Notes: a model not told the origin generated them from the sequence alone. DNA of 64,000 nt from an uncultured Pseudomonadota bacterium (GCA_963832865.1 CAWHWH010000041.1:431532-495531), one strand, 5' to 3'. Positions 1 through 11,388 are shown, numbered from the stretch's first letter. A program made the numbers and translations.

Positions 1-1292
1 GGGTCGAACTTTGGCCAGCCAACCGGCGGCAGCCTCGGGATCTGTTGCGCCACCGCGGGCAGGTCGGCAGTCGGAGGGGCAGCGGGCAGCGGAGGTCCGC
101 CGTTGTTTGTCAGGATGTGACGCAGATCAGCCTCGCGCTCCGGTCCGAAATGCGGCGCTGGCGTGCGCGTTTCCTCCACCTCGACGTTCGGCGTGATACC
201 GACACCTTGGATCGACCGTCCGGAAGGCGTGTAGTACCGCGCCGTCGTCAGCCGGATCGCGCCGTCACCTTGCAGCGGGAACAAGGTCTGCACCGAACCC
301 TTGCCGAACGATTGCGTGCCTAGCACTAATGCCCGTCGGTTGTCCTGCAGGGCGCCTGCCACGATCTCGGCCGCCGACGCCGTACCATTACTCGTCAGCA
401 CTACGATCGGCAGGCCCCCGGATATATCGTGGCCCCGTTTGGCCGACCAGCTTTGGTTATCGTCCAAATGCCGGCCCCGCGTCGAGACGATGCCGCCGCT
501 ATCAAGGAAGTCGTTCGACACCGCGATCGCTTGGTCCAGCAGACCGCCTGGATCATTGCGCAAATCGATGATCAATGCGCGCAGCCGTCCCGCGGACTCG
601 GCGCGCAGTGACTTCATCGCCGCCCGCACGCCGTTATCGGTCTGCTCGGTGAACTCGCTGATCCGGATCACCCCGACGTCGCCCATCAACTGGCTCTTCA
701 CCGTACGGATATGAATGATTTGCCGGATCAAGGTCAGCGTGATCGGGGAGTCCAAACCCTCACGCTTAAGGATCAGTCCCACCTTGGTGTTCGGCGGACC
801 CCGCATCTCGGCAACCGCGTCATTCAGGCTCACACCCTCAATGGACTTGCCGTTCACCGAGGTGATCAGATCGCCCGGCCTGATGCCAGCCTCAGCCGCT
901 GGCGTCCCGTCGATTGGGCTGATCACCTGCAGCATGCCGCCTTTATCGGTCAACTCCAGCCCGATGCCGCCGAAGTGGCCCGACGTCTCGCTCTCCATCT
1001 CCTGCCATTCTTGTTCATTCATATAGGAACTATGGGGGTCGAGCCCTGTCAGCATGCCGTTCATTGCATTTTCAACTAACGTGCGTGCTGTGACTGGTTC
1101 GACATAATCGGCCTGAGCGCGCGCCATCACGTTGCTGAACAGCGATAACAAGCGCGGAATTTGCTGTGAATCAGATGCTTCCGCAACGGCGGGCACGAAC
1201 AACCGAGCCTGGCCCCAACCTGGCCCGAGCGCTAAGCCTACAGCAAAACTGCTGCCCATCATCACGGCGGCGCCGATGCGTGTGATTTTCAT
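1..1292 (-). CDS. ctpA: carboxy-terminal processing (S41, tail-specific) peptidase; C-terminus runs off the window start
   Basis: My own reverse translation from ATG 1292-1290. It gives MKITRIGAAVMMGSSFAVGLALG (signal), 'GHFGGIGLEL', PDZ-like 'GTPAAEAGIRPGDLITSVNG', 'IDLRNDPGGLL' and 'LTSNGTASAAEIVAGALQD..LGTQSFGKGSVQ'. The frame is open to nt 1. It is absent from the ORF track because there is no in-window stop. Confidence 0.85.
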   Translation of the reverse strand, partial: MKITRIGAAVMMGSSFAVGLALGPGWGQARLFVPAVAEASDSQQIPRLLSLFSNVMARAQADYVEPVTARTLVENAMNGMLTGLDPHSSYMNEQEWQEMESETSGHFGGIGLELTDKGGMLQVISPIDGTPAAEAGIRPGDLITSVNGKSIEGVSLNDAVAEMRGPPNTKVGLILKREGLDSPITLTLIRQIIHIRTVKSQLMGDVGVIRISEFTEQTDNGVRAAMKSLRAESAGRLRALIIDLRNDPGGLLDQAIAVSNDFLDSGGIVSTRGRHLDDNQSWSAKRGHDISGGLPIVVLTSNGTASAAEIVAGALQDNRRALVLGTQSFGKGSVQTLFPLQGDGAIRLTTARYYTPSGRSIQGVGITPNVEVEETRTPAPHFGPEREADLRHILTNNGGPPLPAAPPTADLPAVAQQIPRLPPVGWPKFD

Positions 1293-1496
1293 CGAACCAC
1301 CTTGCTTTGAGTTAACAACGGAGCCGACCCGAGGCCATCAGCCATATAAGCACGATGCCAGACTGCGGATTAATGTCTCATCTCTTACATCGCTGCCATG
1401 TGAATGCAACATGCCGCCGTAGGGGAGCAGTTGTCTCGTGGACAGAGTGTTTTGCAATATGCCGATCAAAGCCGTCATCAAAGTGAGGAACAATCC

Positions 1497-2279
1497 ATGG
1501 ATCTGGGACTTCAAGGCAAGAAAGCCATCGTCTGCGCCGCCAGTAAAGGCCTCGGCAAAGCTTGTGCGATCGCCCTGGCGAGGGAAGGGGTGGAACTGGT
1601 CATCACCGCCCGCACCGCTTCGGCATTAGAGCAGACAGCGGCGGAAATCCGTCAACTGACCGGCACCAAGGTCACCCCGGTGGCCGGCGACATAACCAGC
1701 GAGGCTGGACGCGCAGCAGCGCTGGCAGCGTGTCCCGCGCCGGACATTCTGGTGAATAACAACGGTGGGCCGCCACGCGGTGACTTTCGTGAATGGGATC
1801 GCGACATGTGGATCGCTGCGGTGGACGCCAACATGCTGGCGCCCATCTTCCTGATCAAGTCGGTCATCGACGGCATGATCGATCGGAAGTTCGGCCGCAT
1901 CGTCAACATTACCTCGGCCTCGGTGCTGTCGCCAATTCCCGAACTGGGCATGAGCAATGGTGCCCGAGCCGGCCTGACCGGTTTCGTCGCCGGCCTTGCT
2001 CGACAAGTGGCGAAGCATAACGTGGTGATCAACAATCTCCTGCCGGGCCCGTTCCTGACCGACCGCCTGCGCGCTGGCTTTCAGGAGGTCGCGCGCAAGA
2101 GCAACCGGCCCGTGGATGAGATCGTGCAGGAGCGGCAGGCGCATACGCCAGCTGGACGCGCCGGCGACCCAGCCGAGTTCGGCGACGCCTGTGCGTTCCT
2201 ATGTTCGGCGAAGATCTCCTTCCTCGTGGGGCAGAATTTGCTGCTAGATGGCGGCACGTTCAATTCATCCAGCACATAG
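1497..2279 (+). CDS. SDR-family oxidoreductase (FabG-like)
   Basis: Carries the Rossmann motif 'KKAIVCAASKGLGKA', plus 'NNNGGP' and 'IVNITSAS'. Start moved to the internal ATG at 1497, which is preceded by GAGGAA; the track ORF begins at 1404. Confidence 0.85.
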   Translation: MDLGLQGKKAIVCAASKGLGKACAIALAREGVELVITARTASALEQTAAEIRQLTGTKVTPVAGDITSEAGRAAALAACPAPDILVNNNGGPPRGDFREWDRDMWIAAVDANMLAPIFLIKSVIDGMIDRKFGRIVNITSASVLSPIPELGMSNGARAGLTGFVAGLARQVAKHNVVINNLLPGPFLTDRLRAGFQEVARKSNRPVDEIVQERQAHTPAGRAGDPAEFGDACAFLCSAKISFLVGQNLLLDGGTFNSSST

Positions 2280-2381
2280 ACCCAAGGGCCGAGCGAGGTC
2301 GCCGACCCTCGGCGGCCTACACCAAATGCTGGACTCGTCCGGCTCCGATACGGTTTCCTCCGCCGCATCGGAGGTCTCCAC

Positions 2382-4199
2382 ATGCGTCGGCTGATCGCGT
2401 CGCTGATCATCGCACCCATCCTGGCCACGACCGCAATCGGCGCAGAGCCGCAAAAACCCCACAATGTGCTGCTGTTCGTGGCCGATGGATTGCGGCCCGG
2501 CATGATCAACGAGCAGACAGCTCCAGCCATGGCGGCGCTGCTCAAGCGAGGCGTCACGTTCTCCAACACCCACTCAGTTTTCCCAACGCTAACCACGGTC
2601 AACGCCGCGTCTATCGCGACCGGCCACATGCCTGGCGACACCGGCGACTTCGGAAACGCGATCTACGCGGGCTTCCCCGTGCCGAGCGCCGGAGGCAGCC
2701 CAACCCCGTTGCTGGAAAGCGATACCGTACTCGGCGACACCGATGCCCATTTTGGCGGCAACTATCTGAACGAGGAATCCATCCTCCGCACCGCCGCCGC
2801 TTACGGCATCTCCACCGCCACGATCGGCAAGCTCGGTCCCAGCCTGATCCTCGACCACACAGACCGTTCCGCGCAGCAGACGGTGATTATCGACGATCAG
2901 ACCGGTCAGCCCGGCGGCATTCCCATTAGTTCCGAAATGCAGACAGCCTTCCAGGAATTTGGTCTGGCCACTGGCGCACCCTCTCGCGGCGACAACGGGC
3001 AGCCCGGCGATGCCATGCATCCAGGAACACTGGGTGCCAATGTCGACCAACAGAAGTGGTTCACCGATGTCGCCGCACTGGCGACGCTGCCGAGCTTCAA
3101 GGATCGGCACAAGCCGTTCGTCATGGTGTTCTGGTCCCGGGACCCAGATGGCACGCAGCACAATCAGGGCGACTCACTGATGCGGCTGCTCCCGGGGATC
3201 AACGGGCTCACGTCCGAGTTGGCGATCCGCAACGCTGATGCCAATCTTGCGAGGCTGCTCGCGTCCCTGAACGAGCAGGGCCTTGTAGCGACCACGGACA
3301 TCATCCTTGCGTCCGATCACGGCTTATCAACGATATCGAAGGAGAGCGCCACAAGTTACGCGGCCACCCGGTCATACCCGGCCGTGCCGGCGGGTCTGCT
3401 GCCTCCTGGGTTTGTCGCGATCGACCTCGCGCATCGCCTGCGTATGAGTCTGTTTGATCCGGATGCAACCGGGGACGCCAAGAACATCGCTGTCCCGGAC
3501 GGCAGCTTTCCGGCTCGTGGCAACGGCCTGATCGGCGACTCGGCAGCGCAGCCCGAGGTAGTGGTCGTGGCCAACGGGGGCTCGGATCTGATCTATGTAA
3601 CCAACTCGGACAAGCTGATGGCCGAGCGCATCGTGCAGCTTTTGTCAGCGCAGGACTACACCAGTGGCATCTTCGTCAATACGCGCTTCGGCTCGATCAG
3701 CGGCACGCTGCCGCTATCGGCGGCGGCGCTGGAAGGGTCCGCGGTAACCCCAACACCCTCCATTGTCGCAAACTTCCGAAGTTTTTCCGTTGGTTGCGTT
3801 GATCTTACGGCGTGTGGGATAGAGGTTGCCGACACCCCTCTGCAACAGGGTCAAGGCATAGCCGGCAGCTTTAGCCGAGCGGACACGCGCAGCGTGATGG
3901 CGGCCGCGGGACCGGATTTCCGGCAGGGTTACGACGACGCGGCGCCGGTCAGCACGGCCGATCTCGGCAAGACAATCGCCGCCTTGCTGGGCCTCAAAAC
4001 GAAGGACAAGGGCAAACTGATCGGGCGCGTGATAACGGAGGCGTTGGTGAATGGGGCGCCGAGTTCAGCCAAAGCCGGGGTGCTGAGATCGCCGCCGGAT
4101 GAGTTCGGGCGTGTGACGGAGCTCAAATTTCAAACGATCGGCAGCACCCGCTATTTCGACGCCGCCGGATATCCTGGCCGGACACTGGGGCTTGATTAA
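2382..4199 (+). CDS. secreted alkaline-phosphatase-superfamily enzyme (nucleotide pyrophosphatase/phosphodiesterase-like)
   Basis: N-terminal signal peptide MRRLIASLIIAPILATTAIGA. 'LLFVADGLRPG' and 'FPTLTTVNAASIATGH' match the metal-ligand and Thr-nucleophile block of NPP/AP enzymes. Confidence 0.75.
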   Translation: MRRLIASLIIAPILATTAIGAEPQKPHNVLLFVADGLRPGMINEQTAPAMAALLKRGVTFSNTHSVFPTLTTVNAASIATGHMPGDTGDFGNAIYAGFPVPSAGGSPTPLLESDTVLGDTDAHFGGNYLNEESILRTAAAYGISTATIGKLGPSLILDHTDRSAQQTVIIDDQTGQPGGIPISSEMQTAFQEFGLATGAPSRGDNGQPGDAMHPGTLGANVDQQKWFTDVAALATLPSFKDRHKPFVMVFWSRDPDGTQHNQGDSLMRLLPGINGLTSELAIRNADANLARLLASLNEQGLVATTDIILASDHGLSTISKESATSYAATRSYPAVPAGLLPPGFVAIDLAHRLRMSLFDPDATGDAKNIAVPDGSFPARGNGLIGDSAAQPEVVVVANGGSDLIYVTNSDKLMAERIVQLLSAQDYTSGIFVNTRFGSISGTLPLSAAALEGSAVTPTPSIVANFRSFSVGCVDLTACGIEVADTPLQQGQGIAGSFSRADTRSVMAAAGPDFRQGYDDAAPVSTADLGKTIAALLGLKTKDKGKLIGRVITEALVNGAPSSAKAGVLRSPPDEFGRVTELKFQTIGSTRYFDAAGYPGRTLGLD

Positions 4200-4290
4200 C
4201 CTGGGCGAGTACTCGGCTACAAGCGTCGTTGAGGACAGCGAGGCCAGCGACACCTCAGCCCCCCGGGGGCAAGGGTTTGATGCTGGCGGC

Positions 4291-4944
4291 CTAGACCGGG
4301 CACGCCGTTGCGCGGACCACAGCGGTTGCCAACGCGTCCTGTCCGTCCTGCCGCAACCCGTCGATCACCCCTGAAATATCCGTGGCCGGACGGTTCTGGC
4401 TCATTTTCACTTTGCCCTCCAGCCGCACGATCGGCAGGACGATGCCGACGATGCTACGCAACATGCTCTGAACAAAGTTCTCGGGCGCGTCGGAAACAGC
4501 CCAGGGCTTGGTCCGTGCTTTCTCGTGCCGTCGGGTCAGCCGCGTCACCACCTCCAGCAATCGGGCGGGGTCATCGAACGCCTCCAACGTCCCATAGGCG
4601 TGAATCGCGGCGTAGTTCCACGTCGGCACAACCTTCCCGTGCTCCTGCTTCGCCGCATAATACGAAGGGGTTATGTAACCGTCCGGCCCCTGGAAGATCA
4701 CCAGCGTCTGCACGCCCGGGTTAGCCGCCCGAGCATGCGGGTTGGCCTTCGCTAAATGGCCGATCAGAGTGCCGTATGGAGCCGGATCGGGATCCAGCAT
4801 CAAGGGCGCGTGGCTAGCGATCATCCCGTCGGCGGTCATCGATACCAACGTGGCGAGAGCGCTCGCACGGATCAGTTCATGCAGAACCGCGATGCGGTCT
4901 TCAGCGAAATGGGCGGGGACATACACGGCATGCAACTCCGGCAT
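4291..4944 (-). CDS. paiB: FMN-binding negative transcriptional regulator, PaiB family
   Basis: 217 aa. 'MPELHAVYVPAHFAEDR...ATLVS...ASHAPL' and the C-terminal 'GKVKMSQNR' are typical of PaiB. Confidence 0.75.
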   Translation of the reverse strand: MPELHAVYVPAHFAEDRIAVLHELIRASALATLVSMTADGMIASHAPLMLDPDPAPYGTLIGHLAKANPHARAANPGVQTLVIFQGPDGYITPSYYAAKQEHGKVVPTWNYAAIHAYGTLEAFDDPARLLEVVTRLTRRHEKARTKPWAVSDAPENFVQSMLRSIVGIVLPIVRLEGKVKMSQNRPATDISGVIDGLRQDGQDALATAVVRATACPV

Positions 4945-5429
4945 CTGACTCGACAGCCTGCGCTGAAATCGGACGAAGCGAAAGGAACGATTTCACGCGG
5001 TTCATTCGGACCAATCCACCGGATTGCCTCATGCATGACCACCCGAAGCAGCTCGCGCCATAGCCTGGTGGTCGTTGCTACGCCGCTTCCAGTTCGGTCT
5101 CTGTCTGCGACACGGGATTCCAGCGTCTTGGTCCGCTGGTGCTCGCTGCTGCGACAGCGCCGCGGGTTCCGCCATCGTGCCGGCAGCGGATTGCGTGGTC
5201 CGTCGGCAGATTAGCTGGCGTGAGGCGCCGGAGATCTGAGACCGCTAGGTCGCGATAACTTACCCCACGCCCGGCGTGTTCTGACACACTCTCTCGAAGG
5301 CCGTAGCCGTGACCGATCGGTGGCGGCTCTGAACCCCGTCCTGGCACCTCTGCCTATGGCGCTTGCGTACCTGGAGGCAATCCAAGCCGCCGAACTTGCT
5401 TCAATCAGTGGCGCCTGCGGTGAATGCGG

Positions 5430-6659
5430 TTATAGCGACCCGCCTCGCCGCCCTGCCATCGCCCCCAGCCGCAGCCGCAGCGCGTTCAGCTTGATGAATC
5501 CCTCAGCATCGACCTGGTCATAAGCGCCCTGATCGTCCTCAAACGTGACAACCTTCGTCGAATACAGGCTGTTCGGGCTTTCTCGACCGATGCAGGTAAC
5601 ATTGCCCTTGTAGAGCTTCAGCCGCACTCGTCCCGTCACACTGTGCTGGCTGGTGTCGATCAGCGCCTGCAGCATGCGACGCTCCGGGCTGAACCAGAAA
5701 CCGTTGTATATTAGCTCCGCATAGCGAGGCATCAGGCTGTCCTTCAGGTGCGCCGCCTCACGATCCAGCGTGATGCTCTCAATCCCTCGGTGCGCGGCCA
5801 GCAGGATCGTGCCCCCCGGCGTCTCATACACTCCCCGAGATTTCATGCCGACGAAGCGGTTCTCCACCAGATCTAGCCGTCCGATCCCGTTCGCCTTCCC
5901 CAGTTCATTGAGCTGCGTCAAGATCGCGGCCGAGGACAACGTCACCCCATTGATCGCCACTGGATCCCCAGTAACGAAATCCATCGAGACGACCGTCGCC
6001 TTATCGGGCGCGTCCTCCGGTCGGACGGTGCGCTGATAGACGATCTCATCCGCCTCCTCGGCGGGATCTTCCAGAAGCTTGCCCTCTGAGGACGAGTGCA
6101 GCAGATTCGCATCCACACTGAATGGCGCCTCGCCCCGCTTGTCCTTGGCGATCGGAATTTGATGCTTCTCCGCGAACTCGATCAGCCGCGTCCGACTGGT
6201 GAGGTCCCATTCCCGCCACGGTGCGATAATCTTGATGTCCGGCTTCAGGGCGTAATAGGACAGCTCGAACCGCACCTGGTCGTTGCCTTTGCCGGTCGCC
6301 CCATGCGCCACTGCGTCGGCGCCCACCTGTTCAGCAATTTCAATCTGCCTCTTTGCGATCAATGGGCGCGCGATCGAAGTCCCCAGCAAGTATTGCCCTT
6401 CGTAGAGCGTGTTGGCGCGGAACATCGGAAACACGAAATCGCGGACAAATTCTTCACGCAAGTCATCGACGAAGATTTCCGTCACCCCGAACATCTCGGC
6501 CTTTTTGCGCGCCGGCCCCAGTTCTTCGCCCTGTCCGAGGTCGGCCGTGAAGGTCACCACCTCGCAGCCATAGGTTGTTTGCAGCCAGCGCAGGATCACG
6601 CTGGTGTCTAACCCGCCCGAATAGGCGAGAACGACTTTTTTCACATCCTTGACGGCCAT
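5430..6659 (-). CDS. argG: argininosuccinate synthase
   Basis: 409 aa with '[13 protein letters not shown]' and '[13 protein letters not shown]'; full-length match to type I ArgG. Confidence 0.97.
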   Translation of the reverse strand: MAVKDVKKVVLAYSGGLDTSVILRWLQTTYGCEVVTFTADLGQGEELGPARKKAEMFGVTEIFVDDLREEFVRDFVFPMFRANTLYEGQYLLGTSIARPLIAKRQIEIAEQVGADAVAHGATGKGNDQVRFELSYYALKPDIKIIAPWREWDLTSRTRLIEFAEKHQIPIAKDKRGEAPFSVDANLLHSSSEGKLLEDPAEEADEIVYQRTVRPEDAPDKATVVSMDFVTGDPVAINGVTLSSAAILTQLNELGKANGIGRLDLVENRFVGMKSRGVYETPGGTILLAAHRGIESITLDREAAHLKDSLMPRYAELIYNGFWFSPERRMLQALIDTSQHSVTGRVRLKLYKGNVTCIGRESPNSLYSTKVVTFEDDQGAYDQVDAEGFIKLNALRLRLGAMAGRRGGSL

Positions 6660-7229
6660 GGCGGGGCGACTCTCCGAACTTTTCGCGCCCGGGAGTATCG
6701 CCCTCAGATCCCCTCGCGCAAGCCACGACGTGAACCGGCACTTGAAGCTCGATTTTCGGCTGGTTTTAAGTAGATATGAAGTCGGCCCGCGATCTCAACA
6801 GTATCCAATCGTATTCCGCTTCGCACCCGGCGACGTCCTTCGTCCCGGGCGTCGCCGGGTGCACCCTGGCGTGGTCTACCCCACCCTCCGGCGCCGCCTG
6901 TTCACCCGAGCCGCCGGATCGGCCGCGCCTGGAGCTTCACCGGAGGGGGATCCCGCCAGCCCCGGAACCGCCGTCGCCCGCGAGTTCTCCAGGGCCTCCG
7001 GTCTGAGCGAAGGCGCCCGGCTTATGGCGGCCGCCGCGTGGTCTTTCGAGGCGCGTTTCAGCGACCGGCGCGACCGGATCCTTGTCCCGAAGGCAAGCCA
7101 CTCAGAACACGCTCTCGCCTTCAGGGAGTTGGGGCAATCGATGGAATCCAGGGATTTTGCGGTCGCGCTGACCTTTCGGAAGCACTCATGATGCCTTATC
7201 TGCCACTCTGTAGCCAGGAAGAACGATCC

Positions 7230-7985
7230 ATGGACATCAATGCCGATCCCTCGCGTGGGCGCAATCCCTTAACGCTGGCGATAGATATCGGCGGCACGAA
7301 ACTGAAAGCCGGATTGCTTGACCAGCATGGCACAATGGTCGCCGGACCCAACCGGGTAGAGACGCCGCCGAATCCGACGCCTCAAAAGGTTGTCGATGCC
7401 CTGGTCGAGTTGGCGATGCCGCTTGGTGCTTTTGACCGAGTTTCGGTTGGGTTTCCTGGGGTGGTGCGACATGGGCAAGTGCTGACAGCGCCAAATCTTG
7501 GCACGCCGTCATGGCGACACTTCCCGTTGGCATCGTCGCTCGCAGGCAAGCTCGGCAAGCCAACACGCATGCTGAACGATGCCGAGGTGCAGGGGCTGGG
7601 TGTCATTACCGGCACCGGTCTGGAATGCGTGATCACCTTGGGCACCGGGATGGGCTTCGCGCTGTTTCAGGATGGCCGCCCCGCGCCACATCTGGAACTA
7701 AGCCAGCACCCTGTCCACAAGGGCAAGACCTACGACCAGTTCATCGGCCACGTCGCCTTGAAGGAAGTCGGGCGGGCTCGCTGGAACCGCCGGTTGCGAC
7801 GGGTGCTGGCCTGCATCACGACGTTGGTGGGGTTCGACGTTCTGCACATCGGGGGCGGCAATGCCAAGCAGGTGGATCTGAAGTTGGCGCCGAACATGCG
7901 GCTGGTCGCCAACGAGGCGGGAATTACCGGCGGCGTGCAGCTTTGGAATAAGACATTGGATTTGGTCTTTACCGAGGAACGGTAG
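7230..7985 (+). CDS. ROK-family sugar kinase (polyphosphate glucokinase-like)
   Basis: 'LAIDIGGTKLKAGL' ATP-binding motif and 'GFPGVV..G' match the ROK/PpgK pattern. Start placed at ATG 7230, preceded by AGGAAG; the track ORF starts at 7038. Confidence 0.75.
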   Translation: MDINADPSRGRNPLTLAIDIGGTKLKAGLLDQHGTMVAGPNRVETPPNPTPQKVVDALVELAMPLGAFDRVSVGFPGVVRHGQVLTAPNLGTPSWRHFPLASSLAGKLGKPTRMLNDAEVQGLGVITGTGLECVITLGTGMGFALFQDGRPAPHLELSQHPVHKGKTYDQFIGHVALKEVGRARWNRRLRRVLACITTLVGFDVLHIGGGNAKQVDLKLAPNMRLVANEAGITGGVQLWNKTLDLVFTEER

Positions 7986-8478
7986 GCGCACCTTCTCGGA
8001 GAGATCAAGCACTGGGCGCCCACGATCACGACCGTGAAGCGGCGGAGGCCAGCCCCGCACGTAGCTGATCATCCGTCTGGGCCGGCACCGGGGCGCTGGG
8101 TTTGATCATCTCTGCCCGTGAGACCATCCGGGCGCTGGCCTGTAGGCCGTCCGGATGATCAGCCGCAGCCGACTTCACCCGGTTTCGGGCCCTGCCGCCA
8201 GCCACCTGATCGGGAGGCAATGTCTCTCCATGCCCCACAGATCGGGTATCGGACTCGCGGTGGTTGCAAAAGCTCAAACCCGGACCCGCCTGCCATGCAG
8301 ACGCATCCGACAGAAAGATGATGTCAATGCCACACTGGCCCAGCCCCTTCGTAGCCAAAAATCCATTGATCGTCCAACGGGCCCGCCGTTTTGTTCGGGA
8401 ATCCTGGGCGACCGGTTTCCTTGACCCGCCATTCATCCCCGGCTCAAATCGTGGAAAATCGTTGAAGGCCGTCATCCC

Positions 8479-8691
8479 ATGGCGCTCAGCCGCTCGACCC
8501 GCGTTAATGTCCTGGTTGGCAACGGCCATTTTCTGTCTCATTTCTATGTCCTGTCCCTCCCGCCGATGTTCCTGGCGTGGCAGAGCGCCTTCCACGTCAG
8601 CTTTGCCCAGCTTGGGATGACGATCATGCTGATGTCCGGCACTACGGCCATTTTGCAAACTCCGGTTGGCTTTTTAGTGGACCGGCACGGC
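8479..8691 (+). pseudogene. MFS transporter, 5' fragment (TM1-TM2 up to motif A 'GFLVDRHG'), truncated by insertion
   Basis: MALSRSTRVNVLVGNGHFLSHFYVLSLPPMFL...PVGFLVDRHG, after which the frame runs into foreign sequence and stops at 8712. Confidence 0.7.
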
Positions 8692-10181
8692 AGCGGTTCT
8701 CAATGCGAATGAGTTGCGCTCTGAGTCTGCAGTGTACGATGACCTGAGTTCGATATGCCACATATTGTGGAGTTATTGACTGGCTCCCACAGCATGCGGT
8801 GATTTTCTCTTGTGGGTAGGCTCGATCGTCGATTTAAGGGCGAGGGTGAGCGCCATTGCAGACATGATCGGGGCGTTGAGCGAAGTCTGCGCCGGTCTGC
8901 ACGACCAGCGCAGAGGCCCGCGGCGCGACGGCGACTACACAATGGCGGACATTGGTCTGGCGGCGTTTTCGATCTTCTTCATGGGAAGCCCGTCGTTCCT
9001 TGGGCATCAGCAAGCGCTGGCGGAGGGGCACGGTCGGTCGAACTGCGAGACGCTGTTCGGCATGTCGGCGATCCCCTCCGACAACTACATCCGCCTGATG
9101 CTGGACGGCGCTTCGCCTGCGGCATTCGACGGACTGTTCGTGAAGGCGATCGAGGCAGCGGGGCCACTGACACCGTTCCAGTGTCTTGACGGGCGGGTGC
9201 CGATCGCGCTCGATGGGAGCGAGCACTTCTGTTCGCGCAAGATCAAATGCGAGCAGTGTTCGACACGGCGGCGCGCCGATGGCGGCACCGAATACTTCCA
9301 CGCCTTCCTGGGTGCCAGCTGGTCGACCGGGCCACAGCGTAGGTCCTGCCCCTGCGCCGGAATTTATCGCGCCGCAAGATGGGGCGGAGAAGCAGGACTG
9401 CGAGCGCAATGCCGCGAAACGGTGGCTGGCCCGGCACGGCGCCGACCTCGCTCACCTCCGGCCTGTCTATCTCGGCGACGATCTGTTTGCCTGCCAGCCG
9501 ATCGTTGCCGCCATCCAAGATGCCGGCGGCAACTTCATCCTCACCTGCAAGCCAGCTTCGCATAAGACGATTGCTGAATACCTGCAGGGCGCCGAACTGC
9601 AAGAACATCGTCAGACCATCTGCAAACGCGGCAAGCGCACCACCACCACCTACCGCTGGCTCAACGCCGTGCCGCTGCGCGCCACGGACGATGCCATCCT
9701 GGTCAACTGGTTCTCCATCGAGACCTTCAACGCCAAGGGCAAGCGAACCTATTACAACAGCTTCGTCACCGATCTCGCCATCACACGCGACACTGTCGCC
9801 GAACTGGCCGCCTGCGGCCGCGCCCGTTGGAAGATCGAAAACGAGACCTTCAACGTGCTCAAGACCAACGGTTACAATCTCGAACACAACTTTGGGCACG
9901 GCAAGAAAACCCTCGCCAGCATCCTGGTCACCCTCAATCTGCTCGCTTTCGCATTCCACACCGCCGCTTATCTCGGGGTCCTCGCCTGGCGAGCCGCCAT
10001 CATCGCCCGTGGCCCCATGTATCGCTTCTTCGAGCATCTGCGGACTGTCACCGCCTATGTTGTCTTCCAGGACTGGCCTCACCTGCTCCAGTCCATCGCC
10101 GCGGCCGCGATACGGCCACCTTGACCACAGGCATCCCACCGTCCCGCCACTCAACCCACCTCAACACGGAGCCGAAACGCC
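8692..10181 (+). mobile_element. IS element (~1.5 kb, DDE transposase of IS4/ISNCY-like type) inserted in the MFS gene; ends approximate
   Basis: It separates the two MFS halves. The left boundary is inferred from where MFS coding ends and where a 62-nt repeat shared with 57398-57458 begins. The right boundary is inferred from where homology to the second copy (near 16608) ends. Confidence 0.7.
8810..10124 (+). pseudogene. DDE transposase, frameshifted (two overlapping ORFs 8810-9565 and 9186-10124)
   Basis: C-terminal 'GRARWKIENETFNVLK' is a YREK-type DDE signature. Comparison with the copy at 15636-16565 shows small indels around 9305-9360 that switch frame ('FHAFLGASW|STGPQ..' versus 'FHAFLGASMVAPGHKQVLPLPPEF'). 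Confidence 0.75.
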
Positions 10182-10209
10182 GAAAAATAACTACAACCCC
10201 TTGGATTTA

Positions 10210-11154
10210 GAGATGGGCCTCGCTACTCAATTCTGGCAAATCCTGGTGCTGGCGACGCTGTCCGGCGTTGGCAACTCGGTCATCCATCCTGCCGACTACG
10301 CCATCCTATCCGGATCGGTGGACAAGAACCGGATGGGACGCTCCTTCGCGCTCCACACGTTCAGCGGCAATCTCGGTTTTTCGGCCGGACCGCCGGTGAC
10401 GGCGTTCCTGATGGCCCTCATCGGCTGGCGAGGCGCCCTGCTGACGGTTGGCCTGCTTGGTATCCCTGTCGTGGTCTCGATCCTGCTGCAAAGCCGCATT
10501 CTCAGCGACCAGGTGCGCGAGACGAGCCACGGTGGGATCAAGATGTCCGGGTGGGACCTTCTCACGTCGCGCACCATGATCCTGTTCTTCTTGTTCTTCA
10601 TGCTCGGCGCGATGGCTGGCGGCGGCGTTCAATCCTGGCTAGTGACCGTGTTGCATACCTACAAAGGCATAGAGCTCGAGGTCGCCGCCACCGCCCTGAC
10701 CGCCTACATGTTGGGCTCGACCAGCGGCGTGCTGTTCGGTGGTTGGTTCGCCGACACGCTGAAGCACCATATCCTGCCGTTCGTGACCGGGTTGACGATT
10801 TTGTCCGCCCTGCTGATGGTCGGCATCGACTGGTTAAGTCTGCCGACCGTAGCGGTCATTGGCATGACCTTCATGTCCGGACTCGCTCTGGGCGCGAGCC
10901 GCACTCCGCGCGACGTTATGGTGAAGGACGCGGCACCTCCGGGACAGATCGGCAAAGTGTTCGGCTTCGTCAGTGCGGGATTGCCGCTGGGCAGTGCCGT
11001 CACACCGGTGCCGTTCGGCATCCTGATCGATAAGGGCCATCCGGAACTGGTGCTAGTCCTGGTCGCGGTCATCCTGTTGCTCAGTTTGTTGTGCGCGGGC
11101 TCGGCGAGGGTTTCGGCCCGGACGGGGGAAGCCGTGGTGCAGCCGGCGGAGTAG
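10210..11154 (+). pseudogene. MFS transporter, 3' fragment (from TM4 'GVGNSVIHPADYAILS' to the C-terminus)
   Basis: This is the tail of track ORF 9379-11154 and reads as a typical MFS. About 15-25 residues between motif A and TM4 are missing. Confidence 0.7.
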
Positions 11155-11388
11155 CGGTCGAGGTTTCTGGGCCGGGCTGCGGGAGACTTTGACAGTGGTC
11201 GCCGGGCAGCATGCATTTTTTATTAAACTACGTCGATTCATGTGCTGATCCAGGATCGAGGATGATGATGTGTTCGATGCCCTGATGATCGCCGCCCTCG
11301 TCGCCTCGTGTGCTGCCTCGGCGGCCTATGCGCGCGCCTGCGCGAGCCTTGTTCGCTCCTCGCCCGGCGACGCGGCGAACCGAACGCT

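Noticed and set aside
4945-5429. ORFs in the paiB-argG spacer (for example 5078-5347 -) and in the argG-glucokinase spacer 6660-7229 (for example 6649-7191 +)
   Set aside because: Arg/Pro/Gly-rich translations with no recognisable domains or SD-start context. They are probably non-coding leader or promoter regions.
8026-8475. Possible ~150-aa minus-strand gene (MTAFNDFPRFEPG...WTINGFLATKGLGQCGIDIIFLSDASAWQAG...) between the glucokinase and MFS genes
   Set aside because: No recognisable family, only moderate GC3 bias, and a Ser/Arg/Ala-rich tail. It could be a real hypothetical gene or a relic. The evidence is insufficient to call it.
9243-10154. Long antisense or alternative-frame ORFs in the track (for example 9243-10154 -, 15576-16880 -, 15620-16792 +, 36142-37245 +, 38847-39989 +, 41905-43080 -, 49051-50457 +, 54629-55354 -)
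   Set aside because: They lie opposite or out of frame to genes with unmistakable homology (transposase, r-proteins, tuf, asnB, gspF and others). Their composition is Arg/Pro/Gly/Ala-rich, typical of shadow ORFs in high-GC DNA.
9379-11154. 591-aa ORF that looks like one large protein
   Set aside because: It is a chimera. The first ~275 codons are an out-of-frame read through the IS transposase, and only the last ~315 codons (from about 10210) are real MFS transporter sequence.
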